Assembly: GCA_034189385.1 (NCBI GenBank)
Contig: JAXHVD010000001.1
Location: 96,001-160,000, forward strand
DNA from: Thermodesulfobacteriota bacterium
GTDB lineage: Bacteria; Desulfobacterota; Desulfobacteria; Desulfobacterales; C00003060
Direction: 5' to 3'
DNA: 64,000 nucleotides
The position numbers were made by a program, and so were the translations under genes. A model generated the notes under the pieces. That model did no database searches. It had not been told where the DNA came from and saw only the letters and a list, made by a program, of their open reading frames with translations. Below, piece after piece: positions 32,893 to 42,396 of the stretch; position 1 is the stretch's first letter, and every line of letters starts with the position of its first letter.

Positions 32893-32995
32893 TTGTTCCC
32901 TGGTAGCCGCAGCCTAGTGAGAGCATCTCAAGGGTGTCGGGGCCTATCGTCTCTGCCTCTTGCCTACTCGACATGAAGAACGTCATTGCGGCAGC

Positions 32996-33853
32996 CTACC
33001 GCTGGCCTGTCTGAGCCCTCCTTGCCGCCTCCTTAGCCTCTTTTTTTGCCTTTTCTTTGTAGGCCTCACGGACTCCATCTTTAAGTTTGATCTTGTCTGC
33101 TCCAAAAAGGGCACTTTGGAGCCAGTCCAAGCCAAATTTGAGCAAGGCAACTTCGTCAGCCTGGATTCTTTTCAGCACGTCATTGTCCGCCTCATACTTG
33201 TCCAAGAAGCTGCTCTCAAATACGAAGCGCCTCAGCCTTTCCACATTGTAGCTCACCATGAAAAACATGTTCCGGCTTTCTTCACTCATTTCCGCCTGAA
33301 AGGCAAAGGACTTCTTCCTTAGCATGAACTCCATCCAGTCCTTGTTGACCTCATCATAGAGCTCAGCGCCTTGATCCTTTCGCCATTCACCGACCGTCCA
33401 CTCCCTTTCTGATTCAAAACCAAGGCAGTGGTGCTCCCTTACCATAAAGTAGAAATCCTCTCCGGTGGGCTGAATCTCTTGTTCTCTGAACGAGGCCATG
33501 CCCAGTGGATAATACCGGCAGGTTACGGGGCGGTCTTCATATATGGTGCACCCCTCTGGAGTGAGAAAGGGGCAGGATTTCTTCTCATCGTCAATCATTT
33601 TGAGCGTGACCACCGGCAGTTGGGTCCTCGACAGCATTTGGGGCTTGGTATATATAGCCAAGAACTGGTCAGAGGTCAGTTCCAACCTATTCTTCATCCG
33701 GATAACGTCATAGGGGGTCAAGATCAAATTGAGGTCGCTGCAACAGTGGGTATAACACTCCTTGCCCTTATGGCAGGCGAACTGAAAGTGGCTGTCCAGT
33801 CTGTATTTTCGCGGCTCAATCCCGTCCTGATACCTTTGCCTGGCGTTGTTCAT
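32996..33853 (-). CDS. YkgJ family (CxxCxxCC) cysteine-cluster protein, paralog 1
   Basis: CHKGKECYTHCC...CPFLTPEGCTIYEDRPVTCRYYPLG...HCLG. Confidence 0.9.
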   Translation of the reverse strand: MNNARQRYQDGIEPRKYRLDSHFQFACHKGKECYTHCCSDLNLILTPYDVIRMKNRLELTSDQFLAIYTKPQMLSRTQLPVVTLKMIDDEKKSCPFLTPEGCTIYEDRPVTCRYYPLGMASFREQEIQPTGEDFYFMVREHHCLGFESEREWTVGEWRKDQGAELYDEVNKDWMEFMLRKKSFAFQAEMSEESRNMFFMVSYNVERLRRFVFESSFLDKYEADNDVLKRIQADEVALLKFGLDWLQSALFGADKIKLKDGVREAYKEKAKKEAKEAARRAQTGQR

Positions 33854-34133
33854 CGCAAATCCTCTCCTTGCCTAGAAACACCGTTGCCAGAAACCAGTCG
33901 TTTGTCCCGAGGCTGGTTCCAGTTCTGCCAGATTTCTGCCGACAACTAATACCATCAGAGGTCGGAGTGTCAATCCCTATTTGACCTCCCAGGTGCCCAT
34001 ATCCGCGTTTATTGCGCGCCATCATGGCTGGCGATGTTTGGCGGCCCAAAGTGCGATGGGCCTTGGAAACGATTGACTTTTGAGAATACGGTACTATTTT
34101 GGAGGGTAACTAACAAAACTTGGGAGGTCGAAT

Positions 34134-34805
34134 ATGGCCATTATTACGAGGGAAGACGTATACAACAAGATGGTTCATGAAGAAAAGCCAGTGTGCCCCC
34201 ATTGCGGCCAAGAGATGGTCATATGGGAGTGCCCGCCCGTCTGCTTTTCCGACGGCTTGGGCTGGGGGACCCCCTATTTGTATGTATGTTTCAATAACGA
34301 TTGTCCTCTCTATCTTGAAGGATGGAAAAACGTCATGGACCACTATGCAACAGCTGCCTCGTACCGATGTATATGTGACCCCATGTCACGGAGAATGGAT
34401 TCCATGGTCGTTTACAGCCGTGAAGGGGCTTCGGGGTACGTCATTGATGAAGAGATCAGGGCCAGGGAGGAGGCGCGGAGAGCCGCTGAGGGAAAAGCCC
34501 TAAAAGAGCTCGATGCCCACTTTGAGGCCAAGGATGTCAATGCCATCCTTCAAGTTCTTTTGGGCGACGACACCCTGCCACCGGTTGGATTTAGGGCGGC
34601 TGAACTGATAGGGGAAATCGGGGGCCTGGAAGTCATCGAGCCCATCCGAAATCATCATTTTGAAAATGAACGGGTTAAGGCAAAGACTCAGGAGAGCATT
34701 GATCTGATCCACAAGAAGCATTATACCAAAGAATGTCCTTTCTGTGCCGAGATCATCAAGGCAAGAGCGGTTGTGTGCAAATACTGCCACAAGGACTTGA
34801 CGTAA
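34134..34805 (+). CDS. Cys-rich zinc-ribbon protein with a HEAT-like middle segment
   Basis: N-terminal CPHC..C..C..C.NNDC..C.C; central AAELIGEIG; C-terminal CPFC-x10-CKYC. GGAGG SD upstream. Confidence 0.8.
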   Translation: MAIITREDVYNKMVHEEKPVCPHCGQEMVIWECPPVCFSDGLGWGTPYLYVCFNNDCPLYLEGWKNVMDHYATAASYRCICDPMSRRMDSMVVYSREGASGYVIDEEIRAREEARRAAEGKALKELDAHFEAKDVNAILQVLLGDDTLPPVGFRAAELIGEIGGLEVIEPIRNHHFENERVKAKTQESIDLIHKKHYTKECPFCAEIIKARAVVCKYCHKDLT

Positions 34806-34824
34806 GCCCCGTCGCCCATCTGTT

Positions 34825-35373
34825 CTACCGGGTTTTCAGTTTTCGTTGGACGTTGATGTTCATCTCATCGTAGGAGCGGAAGATGAGCTTTTCCCGTTCC
34901 AGCTTCTCTTGGGGAAAGGGCTGAGGTTCCATATCCTGCATGGTCTTGACGCCTTCCTCCTTGGAGGGAATAGCCTCTGTGCCATGGCCTATTAGCTCGC
35001 CGGTAACGGTATCCAGCACATCTGCATCCTTTCCATCTGTTACCACTGAAAGCGGGATTTGATAGGTGTCCAGCAACCTTGCTGAAGCCAAGGTCTCCCT
35101 GTGCCTTGTTCCCAGGGATCCCGGTACGCACCTGAGGACCATGTACCGCTTGTCGTCAACGCGTACCACGAGATCCACATGGGAGTGGATGACCTGGTCT
35201 TTAATGTTGAACTTAAGGTCTGCATCGACCTCAATATCATCCCTGTCATACCCCTTTTTTTTAACCAGAAGGCGTTCAATCTGCTGTCGATTTTCTTCTG
35301 CCCCGATGTTTGGCACCTTCTTACCGGTGACAAAATCTGTGAGCATTGTGTAAGGTTTGGGTTGGTCTAGCAT
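34825..35373 (-). CDS. HsdR N-terminal-like (PD-(D/E)xK fold) stand-alone protein
   Basis: EENRQ.IERLLV.KKGY...DIEVD, VDLVV, VVTDG; no motor domain. ATG 35373 follows AAGGAGG. Confidence 0.7.
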   Translation of the reverse strand: MLDQPKPYTMLTDFVTGKKVPNIGAEENRQQIERLLVKKKGYDRDDIEVDADLKFNIKDQVIHSHVDLVVRVDDKRYMVLRCVPGSLGTRHRETLASARLLDTYQIPLSVVTDGKDADVLDTVTGELIGHGTEAIPSKEEGVKTMQDMEPQPFPQEKLEREKLIFRSYDEMNINVQRKLKTR

Positions 35374-35455
35374 GTTTTCCTCCTTGTTCACCTGTAGACT
35401 GAAAGCTCAAAGTACCAGGGGCAGTATCCAAGAATTAAAGATTGGAAGGATTTCG

Positions 35456-36487
35456 TCACTTCTTTGAGCGTTGAGCTTGTCCCCTCGGACCCAGACCGCT
35501 GACCTCCTCCTTCAACAGACAACAGGCAATCTGATATGTTGGCCTGCCCTTGTCATCATAGCTCAGGTTTCCTGGCTGAACAAGCTTGTTAAGTACACAA
35601 CCTTCCGGAATTGAAAGCTGAAAGAGATTTGATTCGTTTATGGGAGGCTGTGGCGCGAGCCTATTTTTTTTAAAGGCATAGGAATGAAGGGGGAAGTCCT
35701 CGCATAGAGGGCACTGATACACCCTGCCATTGGGAAAGACAAAGTAGTTTTCTGCAACCAGAGCCGCACATTCAAAGTGATCCGACTTGCGCAAGAAGAC
35801 CTTTGGGTAGGTCACATGTATGCCGAATTCGCTTGCTTGAGCTGCCACCTTAGGGACCACAGTGGTCCACTCCTTTCTAGTGAGCTGAAGCTTGTGGCTT
35901 TGTTCCTGGGCTGATCTGCCCCTGATTCCAATGACCTGGATGAAGAATCTATTGATGCCTAGGGTCTTGAGGAGCGTCGGCATGTGCTTCAAGTCGCCGA
36001 TATTGAGCTGGCTCACTGTGTAGATGAGGCTTACCTTAAACCCCCTGGCAAGGGCTTCTTGTATGCCGGCGACACACTTGTCGTAGCTGCCTTTGCCGCG
36101 AATGGAGTCGTTGACTTCTTTGCATGATCCGTCCAGACCTACACTGAAATAATCCACCTCCTCAGGGCCCACCTTTTCAAGAATGCGGTTGAAGAAAAAC
36201 CCGTTTGTGTCCACAGTGATTGAAGCATACCCCATCTTTCTGGCGGCCTTGATCAGAAGGTCAAGGTCGGGATGTAGGGTCGGTTCTCCGCCTATGAAAA
36301 TAAGATTGGACTCCCGGTCTTTGTGAAGGAGTTCTTTCAACCACGCCCTTACTGTATTCGTAGGCAGAGTATTCTTTCCGTGCTGGGCAGGATTGATATA
36401 GCAGTGCCTGCACCTGAGATTGCAGCGGGTGAGTATGTGAAAGAACACATTTCTGGCATTCTTCTGAAAGGCGACTGTCTTTACCAT
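35456..36487 (-). CDS. Radical SAM protein with a Cys-rich C-terminal extension
   Basis: CNLRCRHC (CxxxCxxC), GGEPTL, DTNG, GLDG; C-terminal C...CPLC...C...CC. Confidence 0.92.
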   Translation of the reverse strand: MVKTVAFQKNARNVFFHILTRCNLRCRHCYINPAQHGKNTLPTNTVRAWLKELLHKDRESNLIFIGGEPTLHPDLDLLIKAARKMGYASITVDTNGFFFNRILEKVGPEEVDYFSVGLDGSCKEVNDSIRGKGSYDKCVAGIQEALARGFKVSLIYTVSQLNIGDLKHMPTLLKTLGINRFFIQVIGIRGRSAQEQSHKLQLTRKEWTTVVPKVAAQASEFGIHVTYPKVFLRKSDHFECAALVAENYFVFPNGRVYQCPLCEDFPLHSYAFKKNRLAPQPPINESNLFQLSIPEGCVLNKLVQPGNLSYDDKGRPTYQIACCLLKEEVSGLGPRGQAQRSKK

Positions 36488-36651
36488 AAAAAAGCGTCCC
36501 GAATACCTTCCTCCCGTAGTCCCTGCAGCCTATTAACATCAACAGATCAAACAGGCAAGGGCCAAAGAAGAAGCTTGCCTTCAAAGTCTGTTTCTTTTAG
36601 CCTAGTGATCCGTGCAGCAGTCATTGCAGCCTCGCCACCCGGACGTTATAG

Positions 36652-37434
36652 ATGAAATATATAGACTTAGAAGCCCATAAGGACACACTGGCAAAGAGAC
36701 TTCAAGTTGGCGAACGCTTTTCATTTCGGTGCCACGAAGGTCTGTCGTGCTTCACAAAATGCTGTCGAAACTTGAACTTGTTCTTGTATCCTTATGATGT
36801 GCTTAGGCTGAAGCAGGGGCTTCACATGCATTCCGATCGGTTTCTCGACACGCATGTAGATGTGGTGTTGCGGGAATCCAACTATTTTCCAGATGTCTTG
36901 TTACGGATGGCGGAAAACGAGGAGAGGACTTGCCCTTTCTTAGGGGAGTCGGGATGCACGGTTTATGCGGATCGTCCCGATACCTGTCGTACTTTTCCAC
37001 TAGAACAGGGCATTTTATTTCAGGGGCCGAAAGGCAAGGCAAGGGATGTGTATTTTTTCAAGCCCCCGAATTTTTGCCTCGGACAACATGAGACACAAGA
37101 ATGGACAACCGAAAGTTGGGCAGAGGATCAAGAAGCGGTTACGTATCACAAAATGACCGCCAGTTGGGCAGGAATAAAGGGACTATTTCAGTCCGATCCT
37201 TGGGGCGCTGAAGGGCCTTACGGCCCTAAGGCAAAGATGGCCTTCATGGCTACCTATAACCTAGACCGATTCCGGGATTTTGTTTTCAAGAGCACTTTCT
37301 TGAAACGTTACAAGATAAAGAAAGAGATCCTGAAAAGAATCAAGGAAGACGATGTGGAGTTGATGAAGTTCGGTTTTGGCTGGGTGAGATTCTTTGTTTG
37401 GGGACTGAAAACCCCATACTTGAGGTTACGATGA
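36652..37434 (+). CDS. YkgJ family cysteine-cluster protein, paralog 2
   Basis: CHEGLSCFTKCC...CPFLGESGCTVYADRPDTCRTFPL...FCLG. Confidence 0.9.
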   Translation: MKYIDLEAHKDTLAKRLQVGERFSFRCHEGLSCFTKCCRNLNLFLYPYDVLRLKQGLHMHSDRFLDTHVDVVLRESNYFPDVLLRMAENEERTCPFLGESGCTVYADRPDTCRTFPLEQGILFQGPKGKARDVYFFKPPNFCLGQHETQEWTTESWAEDQEAVTYHKMTASWAGIKGLFQSDPWGAEGPYGPKAKMAFMATYNLDRFRDFVFKSTFLKRYKIKKEILKRIKEDDVELMKFGFGWVRFFVWGLKTPYLRLR

Positions 37435-37531
37435 GGTCCAGGGTTCAGCCTTTTGAAGTACCACCTGAAGTGTTCAATCTTGTCAAGGCCAAGCCCTGTG
37501 TCTGGCATTGCCCTTGGGTATCGCTGGGGGG

Positions 37532-38032
37532 CTAATCACCCAAGGCATGTTCAGCAAGGATGGTGCCCCGCAGATAATCATTTTGAGGATCGGCAAAGAA
37601 TTTTTTGAAAAGGTCCAGACTCTGTTGTCTTTGGACCCCTGGAAGGACCTCAATTTCCATGTCTTGGTAAAAAGGGGTGAGGCTTTTTAAGTCCACCTTT
37701 GTTCCTCCGCCCAGCACGTCTTCATAGGCATAGACAATGCGCCTTATCCCGTTTACGATAAGGGCGGAGTAGCACATGAGGCAGGGTTCCAAAGTGGAAA
37801 ACACAGCCACCCTTTCTCTTCGGACACTCCCTCCCATGTCCACGAGTCGCCTCAAAGCCAGGATTTCGGCATGATCCAGTTCATTGCGCTGTGCAGTAGT
37901 GCTGTGATGGCGACTTCCGGTGACAAGGACCCTGTTTTCATAGGCCATGACACAGCCCACAGGAAACTCTCCTCTGTCGAGGGCCTGGCGGGCTTGTTCA
38001 AGGGCCTGTTCCATAAAGAATGTATCGTCCAT
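37532..38032 (-). CDS. Zn-dependent nucleoside/nucleotide deaminase (TadA/cytidine deaminase-like)
   Basis: EFPVGCV, HAE, STLEPCLMC. ATG 38032 follows AAGGAGG. Confidence 0.9.
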   Translation of the reverse strand: MDDTFFMEQALEQARQALDRGEFPVGCVMAYENRVLVTGSRHHSTTAQRNELDHAEILALRRLVDMGGSVRRERVAVFSTLEPCLMCYSALIVNGIRRIVYAYEDVLGGGTKVDLKSLTPFYQDMEIEVLPGVQRQQSLDLFKKFFADPQNDYLRGTILAEHALGD

Positions 38033-38416
38033 TTCAGATCCTCCTTTCCAGTTTGGCGTCCATTGTTGGGGACCGGTAGAATGTGCATACAAATTAAACC
38101 TAACGCATGAGGGAACATGAAGTAAAGTGGCAAAAGGCCCGTGGGGGTGGCCTGGAGTTTTGAACGTAATGGGCGGATTCTCAAGGGCTTCATTTTAAGA
38201 CTGTATTTGTGTCTCTTGTAAATGGTCTATTCCGGAAAGCGGGAGGGAATCGAAGCACATCAGACGCTCTGGCGGACCTGCTTTGTGGCTCATGGGACAC
38301 ATTGTCAAACTGGAGTCTTTACAGAGTTGTGTTCTTGTGCGATAAGAGAACAGTTTTCCTCCACAGCACCATGTACAGTCGGCGTTTTGCATTGGGCCGG
38401 AAAGGAGTCTTGACGA

Positions 38417-39514
38417 ATGGGCCGGTCGGAGACCTTGAGAAAACTATCATTTCATGCCTTGCCGACCTTGCGTGAGGAGACAGAAGCATGGGAGCGGGAG
38501 TATCTGTCCCCTTTTGCCTGCTTGAGCAGTCAGTCCCGGGGCAGGGTGACCTATGAAGAACCTTGTTCTATCCGCACGGAGTTTCAAAGGGACCGTGATC
38601 GCATTGTCTATTCAAATGCCTTTAGGCGCCTCAAGCACAAGACGCAAGTGTTTCTCTCTCCCTTGGGAGATCACTATCGCACGCGGCTTACGCACACCCT
38701 GGAGGTCTCTGAGATTGCACGCACCATGGCCCGAGCACTGAGACTAAATGAGGATTTGGCCGAAGCCATCGCCCTGGGACATGACATGGGACATACACCC
38801 TTCGGGCACGGTGGCGAAGTGGTGATAAAGGAGATATATTCGAGCACATTCTCGCACCCTGAACAGAGTGTGAGAGTTGTGGATGTCCTGGAAAACCACG
38901 GCAGAGGTCTGAACCTGACGTTTGAGGTCCGAGATGGGATCTTAAAGCATTCCAAGGGGTATGGTGCAGTACTGCTTGAACAGTCCAATGAGATGCCTGT
39001 CACCGTGGAGGGTCGGGTGGTGCGTTTTGCTGACATCATGGGCTATCTCAACCATGACCTTGACGACGCCATCCGCAGCGGAGTCATTCAATGGGGGCAG
39101 ATTCCGAAACAATGCACGAAGGTCTTAGGGCATTCCCATTCTGAGCGTGTCAGATGCATGATAAGCGATCTTGTGACGTCCACGCGGGTTGAAGATGGAA
39201 AGATGCATCTGGCTCTGAGTCAATCGGTTTCAGAGGCAATGGGAGTACTCAGGCAGTTTCTCTATGAGAATGTTTACAGATCTGATCAGGTACACGGAGA
39301 ATTTGTAAAGGCAAAGAAGATCCTCTCGGAGTTGTACCACTATTTTTTAGAAAACCCGAAGGCGCTTGAAGAAGAACTCAAGAAGATGGAGATGGGCAAC
39401 TTTCCTTCGGGCACAAGCCAGGAACGGAAAGTCTGTGACTTTGTTGCCAGCATGACCGACCGCTATGCCCTGAATCTATACAAAGAAATCTTTTTCCCGA
39501 CGCCATTGGTTTGA
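38417..39514 (+). CDS. dgt: Deoxyguanosinetriphosphate triphosphohydrolase (HD domain)
   Basis: FQRDRDRI, FRRLKHKTQVF, RTRLTHTLEV, HDMGHTPFGH. Confidence 0.93.
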   Translation: MGRSETLRKLSFHALPTLREETEAWEREYLSPFACLSSQSRGRVTYEEPCSIRTEFQRDRDRIVYSNAFRRLKHKTQVFLSPLGDHYRTRLTHTLEVSEIARTMARALRLNEDLAEAIALGHDMGHTPFGHGGEVVIKEIYSSTFSHPEQSVRVVDVLENHGRGLNLTFEVRDGILKHSKGYGAVLLEQSNEMPVTVEGRVVRFADIMGYLNHDLDDAIRSGVIQWGQIPKQCTKVLGHSHSERVRCMISDLVTSTRVEDGKMHLALSQSVSEAMGVLRQFLYENVYRSDQVHGEFVKAKKILSELYHYFLENPKALEEELKKMEMGNFPSGTSQERKVCDFVASMTDRYALNLYKEIFFPTPLV

Positions 39515-39527
39515 TGGAGGAGTGCTT

Positions 39528-39779
39528 ATGGAAGAACCGCGATTCATCCCCTATGAAGAGGCCCGCCAGATCGTGGCCGAGGTGGTGGAAATGGAACACC
39601 CCAGGGAAGACGGGAAGCGGATTTTTAGTGTTTATGATCACAAAGGCCGATCCATCTGTTGGTTTGATGCTGATGAGGTAGAGGCGGAGATAGATGCAAA
39701 GGAGTTTACAGAGATAAAGGACCATATTCTCCATTTCATCCCAGAATGGGCCGTTTCCTCTGCCTCTGAGGATTCCTAG
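39528..39779 (+). CDS. Small acidic hypothetical protein
   Basis: 83-aa ORF directly after dgt with a GGAGGA SD. Confidence 0.7.
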   Translation: MEEPRFIPYEEARQIVAEVVEMEHPREDGKRIFSVYDHKGRSICWFDADEVEAEIDAKEFTEIKDHILHFIPEWAVSSASEDS

Positions 39780-39963
39780 TTGGTTTCTATCCATCAGTGG
39801 CTTTTTCTCCTGAGCGGCCGTGAGCGGCCGGCTCCTCGGATCTCAGGCCGACCCTCCTTCACGTTCGCCTACCCCAACTTTTTTGCTTGAGTGTACCTGT
39901 TGTTCCTACAATGGGGAATCGGCGCCAGTGCCCTATTCCTTGTGGGGCATTCCTGGGTGGGCC

Positions 39964-40995
39964 TTACTTGGCAGGCGGCTTGAGATTTGCCGTTCCTAAA
40001 GGAGACTTTAGCGTCCCTTCCACACATACCGGTTGCGGGATCAGATTTTGGGTCAGCATGATTCTTTCTGTCTGGGCCCAAGCCGCCACATCGATGCTCC
40101 CTATTACTGTTTCTGGAGAGGGTTTTACAAGTATCTTGGTGGCGGCGAGTTGTTTCCTGATAAGATTAACGGGCGTATCGTTGTCAAATTGTTGCGTGGT
40201 CTCCACTGCCTCTTCTTTGTTTGCTGGATCGAGGGCCACTTGCCAACCCTGGAGGAGGGCCTGGACGAATGCTTTGATGAGTTGGGGGCGTTCATTCCAC
40301 AAAGCCTCTGTGGTAATCACGGCGTTAGCCACAAATCGGACGCCCAGGGCGTCAGGGTTGACGAAGCCCACGAGTTCCCCACCCTTCCGGAGTTTCTCTC
40401 CGATGACCACCCCCTCAGCATTCTGATAGACGGGCCAGAGATCGACCTCGCCGTTGTAAAAGGGTGTATAATCGTATCGAACACTGTACAATCGGACCTC
40501 GTCATTTGAGATTTGGTGCTTGCTAAGAAGGGCCCGCATGATGGTCTCATCGTTACCACCGTACGTGATTCCAATGGTCTTTCCCCTCAAGTCGCGGGCG
40601 GCGTTGAAAGAAGTCCTTTCTGGTCTGTAGATCCATTGGAGAGGATTTGCCTGAAATACCTGGGCAATGACCACAATGGGGGCCCCTTTTGATAGCGCCC
40701 GGATCACTTGATCTGCTGAAGCAACGCCAAACTGGGCATGGCCTAGTTCCAACTCCTTGATAGCGTCTCGTTCGGGTCCCCCCTCCTTGAGTGTCACTCG
40801 TAGTCCATGATCTTGAAAAATGCCGTGCTCGTGGGCGTAAAGACTACCTGCAACGCTCACGTTAAAGAGCCATTTTAGCCGGTAGGTCACATCTTCAAGG
40901 TCTGTGGTCGCCTTTTTTCCGCAGCCGTGGAAGGTGAATGCGATGGCCACACAGGCGGGGACAAGCAGGCGTCCCCATACTCTTTGACGCAGCAA
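39964..40995 (-). CDS. ABC transporter substrate-binding lipoprotein, NMT1/THI5-SsuA type
   Basis: Lipobox-like FHGC; YRLKW, GLRVTLKEGG, AQFGVAS, DLRGKTIG. TTG at 40995 after AGAGGT preferred over the track start. Confidence 0.85.
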   Translation of the reverse strand: MLRQRVWGRLLVPACVAIAFTFHGCGKKATTDLEDVTYRLKWLFNVSVAGSLYAHEHGIFQDHGLRVTLKEGGPERDAIKELELGHAQFGVASADQVIRALSKGAPIVVIAQVFQANPLQWIYRPERTSFNAARDLRGKTIGITYGGNDETIMRALLSKHQISNDEVRLYSVRYDYTPFYNGEVDLWPVYQNAEGVVIGEKLRKGGELVGFVNPDALGVRFVANAVITTEALWNERPQLIKAFVQALLQGWQVALDPANKEEAVETTQQFDNDTPVNLIRKQLAATKILVKPSPETVIGSIDVAAWAQTERIMLTQNLIPQPVCVEGTLKSPLGTANLKPPAK

Positions 40996-41375
40996 GGCGC
41001 ACCTCTTCTTGAGAAATTGGGTTAAACTAGATCCTTGTCCACTCCCCCTTTTTCGTTTGGGCGACAGCTGGCAAGAACAAGACCCCGCTGTTGGAGCAAG
41101 AAGCAGGGTTTTGTCATTCAACACAGATTTCGAAAGCTGTAATGACCAGGGCAGGGGGATTCTCGTCCGGACTGGAAGGCCGAAGCCCGGACGTCCATTA
41201 CAATGGGGATTCGGCTCTGAGGGGTGATATTTGCAGCACAAGCGTGCCTACATTTCTGGAGGACATAATGGCGGGACCCTCAGAGCCGAAAGTCGTTCAC
41301 CTATCCGATCACTTCTTGGCGCATCCCTGTGTGCATGCCATAAACACAAAAAGGCCCCTTTGCTATAAACTCCGG

Positions 41376-41540
41376 CAAAAAGACCTCTGACAACATCCGC
41401 GAGTCAAGGTTATTGTCTTGTACCTTGCCATGAATCTCAGCCTTTTGGCCCCAGCGGCATCATGGCTGCTGCGGCATGGCCACGGTTCGGTAAGGGTTCA
41501 AATTTACAGTTAGAAGTTCATGGATCCAGAGGAATCAAAT
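41376..41540 (+). ncRNA. Candidate structured small RNA, 6S-like
   Basis: Extended -10 TGcTATAAA at 41361-41369. End-to-end hairpin found by eye: cctctg/cagagg, atcc/ggat, ttgtacc/ggttcaa, ggcc/ggcc, cagcggc/gctgctg, with internal loops. G-U pairs favour the + strand. Confidence 0.4.
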
Positions 41541-41637
41541 AGACCAAAATAAATGTATTAATAGCATGCCTTACCAGGCTTGTCAAGCATATATTGTGGT
41601 GGCTTTAAAAAAAAACTCAATATATAGTAGGGCCGTC

Positions 41638-42396
41638 TCAGGTAGTCTTTGGCTGGCCCCAGCTTCTTTGAACCAGGTGTCCTATCCATTCAAGGATGGC
41701 CAGATAGAGGGAGGTGCAGATTCCGATCAGCAGGAGGGCCGCCAGGATCCTTGCCAAGTCACTCTGATACAGGGCTATCCGGATGCGGTGGCCCACCCCT
41801 GCGTCTGCGGCGATGAATTCGGCGACAATAGTCCCGACCATGGCAAGGGTGGCACTGCCCACGATCACCGTGGTGAGCTTGCTCATATTTTCAAAAGCAC
41901 GGATCTTGACCTCCAGGTACCAGGTCATCTGCCCCGTGGCAGAGTAGAAATGTTCAACATCGGCCACAGGCTCCGAGAAGATCCCTATAAATGACAAGAG
42001 TAACGGGAAATAGCATATCATGGAGGCGATCAAGAGTCTGGAGGAAAGACCGTCTCCAAGGAGAATGAATATGATGGGGGCCACAGCCACAACAGGGTAA
42101 GCTTGAATATTGTATGCCGCCAGTTTTATGAAAGAACCTGTCCAGGTGGCCAGTCTGCCGACAATGCCGACAACCGTTGCTAGACACACAGACAAGATGT
42201 GACCAATCATGGCCACGAAAAGCGTATCGATCGCGTCGAACAGATACCTGCCAAACACGACGCACCCTGTGTCCCAGAGTTCTCGAGGGTTGGGGATGAC
42301 GTAATCGGACAGGCCTGCCATGTATTTCATGGTGAACAGTAGGCCCAAGCCCACGAAATAAACGATCAAGAACTGATAAAGGCGCCTACACAGCAT
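41638..42396 (-). CDS. ABC transporter permease (SsuC/TauC type)
   Basis: YVIPNP, YPVVAVAPI, IVAEFIAADAGVG; overlaps the ATPase gene. Confidence 0.87.
   Translation of the reverse strand: MLCRRLYQFLIVYFVGLGLLFTMKYMAGLSDYVIPNPRELWDTGCVVFGRYLFDAIDTLFVAMIGHILSVCLATVVGIVGRLATWTGSFIKLAAYNIQAYPVVAVAPIIFILLGDGLSSRLLIASMICYFPLLLSFIGIFSEPVADVEHFYSATGQMTWYLEVKIRAFENMSKLTTVIVGSATLAMVGTIVAEFIAADAGVGHRIRIALYQSDLARILAALLLIGICTSLYLAILEWIGHLVQRSWGQPKTT

Noticed and set aside
34825..35373. Type I restriction-modification defence system
   Set aside because: No methylase, specificity or helicase genes; the protein is short and its nuclease motif is degenerate.
40996..41241. 82-aa N-terminal extension of the SBP in the ORF track
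   Set aside because: It would precede the signal peptide/lipobox, runs through hairpin-rich DNA, and a better SD-TTG exists at 40995.
41435..41442. TPP riboswitch upstream of the NMT1/THI5-type SBP (GGCTGAGA on the minus strand)
   Set aside because: The downstream CUGAU...AUAAUG/CGUAGG core is absent, and base pairing fits the + strand better.
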